In this document: piece after piece, positions 61,373 through 64,000 of the stretch
How the letters are laid out: each line of letters starts with the position of its first letter
Numbering within the stretch: the first letter of the stretch is position 1
Source: Heteronotia binoei
Lineage: Eukaryota
Direction: 5' to 3'
Length of the DNA stretch: 64,000 bases
Assembly (NCBI RefSeq): GCF_032191835.1
Contig: NC_083231.1
Location: 97,030,001 to 97,094,000, forward strand
Position numbers and translations under genes: made by a program
The notes under the pieces: generated by a model
The model's database searches: none
Seen by the model: only the letters and a program-made list of their open reading frames with translations
What the model was told of the DNA's origin: nothing

Positions 61373-62309
61373 AAATAAACAAATTCATGCACCTGACAGG
61401 ATACAATCCTTTGTGGAAGCTAGACTCATATGAGTCTTCAACTAGTAACCCAATGGCTACCATCATCCAGCTCTGGCCAATGAAGGGAACTGAAAGAAAT
61501 CAACCAAGAAAGTCTTCAGTTAGTAAGAACACAAAGAAGACCAAACGATGGTCTCAGTGTCCTGGTCAAGTTTGCCTGCTGGTCTGAACATCAAAGAGAA
61601 GTTGTTCTTGTTTGCTGCAAACTGCCTCTTTTTTTGCTTTACCAAATGGAATCTAAGACACAAAAACCTTCAGGATACCCACAGGGTAACAGAGATGGTG
61701 ACATCCACATGGCTAGAAAACCCTGCCAAGTCCTGTTGAACTATTCACCTCTGAGAGGAAACAGTCATGAGTATTTCAGAAGGAGTATTTCAGTGGGCAT
61801 TCTGATGTTGTTGGCCATCATAAGGAGCAGGTTCACAGGAAAAGTGAAAGTGGAGTGTAGGTGCAGGGATAGGGGCTGGGGTCTCCTTGATCTTTGTTTT
61901 GCTCTGATACTATGCTACATCCTTCCAGGTGTGTGCTTAGATAATGAATCTTAGCACAAGTTATGGTATCTATTGTAACCTTTTACAATGCTTTAGTCCT
62001 GCATAGACTTGAGTAAAACTACAAAGGAATAAACCTATGGAATAGTCTTCATTTCAACTTGAAAACAAACCTGAAAAGAATAGGAGATAAGTCGCTCATG
62101 CTGTTTCTATCCTCAACATGTTGCCTGTTTGAATGTACTGTCATGAAACTGTCCCTGCATTTAGAAAACTCACATGTTAGAAAACAGGTTCAGGCTAATT
62201 TTCTCTTAATGAGATAACTTTTTACAGGCGGAGTAGTTTTTGTGTGTGTGTGAGAAGGTATTCAATTATACAGCCAGAGGTAGCAGTATGAGAACCCCAT
62301 GGCTTCATT

Positions 62310-62716
62310 CCCATACTATCATGGGAACAGACTGAATCAGAGCAATGGATCCAGTTCAGCATCTTATTTCTCACAGTGGCCTCCATGTGCTCCTGAAAGG
62401 CATACAAGGAGAGTATGGAGACCAAAGTCTGAAAGGCATACACAGAGTATGGAGGCCAAAGCCTCCTATTACTGTCCACCCCCATGCCCCACCATTGATA
62501 TTCATGTCTCTGAACATGAAGGTTCCATTCAGACATTGTGAACAGGTAGATTTGTCCTCTATGAATTCAGCTAATCCTCTTATAAAGCCAGCTAAATCAA
62601 TGGCCATCAATACACCTTTCGGCAGTGAATCCCACAAATTCATTACTTCTTCAGTAAGCAGGTACTTCATCTTGTCCATCCTCATCAACATCACTCAGTG
62701 CCCATGACTTCTAGGT
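62310..62716 (-). mobile_element. CR1 3'-end fragment
   Basis: Minus-strand peptide DKMKYLLTEEVMNLWDSLPKGVLMAIDLAGFIRGL is homologous to the CR1 ORF2 C-terminus at 53760-53900; 36-bp duplication in the 3' UTR. Confidence 0.8.
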
Positions 62717-63124
62717 ATTATGGAGGGACACACATATAAAAAGGCCAGCATCATGTAAGTGGGACCAATCAAGTGGATGATTTCTATCCAATTGTGGCAT
62801 GGCTGGGAGCAGCTGAACGATCAGTTGGAAAGCACTGTCGCAGTGCTAGACTCTCAAATGTTACCACAGGAGCAGCATGAAACAAAGCCGTGGAGAAACC
62901 ATTTCTGCATGGCTGCTGTAATATTTGAAGGGCTCTCAGAAAAAGCTTTGCCACTTGATTTGGTCAATGTGGTTGCTCAAACAGGAGAATGTAGTTCTAT
63001 GATGGACTATTCAGCTTCTGAATGAAGCCAAATTGACTTCATGTCAATGGCAAGCCTATAGGACTTGTTTTGCTTTGATACTACAGAATGTTTATTATTG
63101 TTACTGTTGTTGTTGTTGTTTTTA

Positions 63125-63381
63125 TCCATTTAATTCACATCAGTTTTACTCACTTCCCCCTAATGAGAACCTAAAACAGCTCACATCATTAATTTGGTCA
63201 GTATTCTCTACTCCAACCTGAAGCAGCTCTTCATTTTATCCTTACAACAAACCTGTGAGGTATGTGAGGCTAAGAGAGTGTGGTTGGCCAAAGGTGATCT
63301 TCTTTGGCACGAGTGGGGATTCAACCCTGGGTCTTCCAGGTGCTAGTCCAGCACTTTTAACTAATACGCCACACTGGCACT
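63125..63381 (-). mobile_element. Old Squam3/MIR-like tRNA SINE
   Basis: Reverse complement begins GAGTGCCAGTGTGGCGTATTAGTTAAAAG, box B GGTTGAATCCCC. Confidence 0.6.
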
Positions 63382-64000
63382 CCACTGGCTTAGTTCCTGC
63401 AGGGTGAGGGATAGATTTCTCAGTTAACATATGCAAACCAAATCAAAACCTGAGCACATTTTCGTTATTCTCCTGGAGATAAAAGGGCAATTATTTTATT
63501 TCTAGTTCATAAGTTTGACAATGATCAGAATAAAAAGTGGTCCAATCTGCATACGGGTAGCAAAATCACGTGTGACAGGGAAAAGAAAAGAGGACTGAAA
63601 GAGACAGCTGAGCAGTGAATTTTTCTAAGGCCAATAGCAAACCAAAAGAATATGCTGACACTTCATTACTTGAGGGTATGAGTTCAGCTAGGGTAACGTG
63701 AGATTGCTAAATAGTTTCACAAGCACTCTCATCAAATTATAGGAAATGTGAAAAAGTGATTTCTGCTGATCTTCTTTTACTGGCACCCTGCTGAGGAGCC
63801 ACAGGAGTTACAAACCTCTAGTTATTTCTTTCCCCGCCAGAAATATCTGGAGAAAAGGTCCTGTGTTTTTATCATGCCAGTCATTGAGCAGAAAAGGCCC
63901 TTGAGGGTGAGAGCTCTGGGGGAGATGTTTAGAACAGAACAGGTGATTTCTTAAGGATACTTCAGCCATTACAGGAAAAGGTCCTGTGTTTTCATTATGC

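Overview
Eukaryotic (vertebrate) DNA, most likely a gecko judging by its Squam3, Sauria, 5S-derived SINE, CR1, Penelope and hAT-MITE content. The window lies inside the glutamate receptor delta-2 gene GRID2 on the minus strand. Two coding exons are present: 58472-58275 (198 bp, S1 ligand-binding segment) and 30753-30441 (313 bp, end of S1, M1 and the M2 pore loop), separated by a 27.5-kb intron. I found no further GRID2 exon. The main accessory feature is a very young, compact 4,773-bp Ty3/Gypsy (Mag-like) LTR retrotransposon at 45371-50143, antisense to GRID2. It has 325-bp LTRs differing at only 3 CpG sites, a 5-bp TSD (CTGAC), non-canonical TG...TA ends, a tRNA-Ser(GCU)-type PBS, a PPT, and a single gag-pol frame broken by one 1-bp deletion. 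The rest is intronic repeat landscape: CR1, RTE-X-like, L2, L1-like and DIRS relics, Penelope inverted tails, and hAT MITEs with 8-bp TSDs, including a four-element nest at 40.9-41.6 kb. There is also an unexplained pair of ~120-bp inverted repeats around 1.07 kb at 21.6-22.9 kb. Almost all short ORFs in the supplied track are spurious. Family names and reference sequences are from memory; no database search was run.
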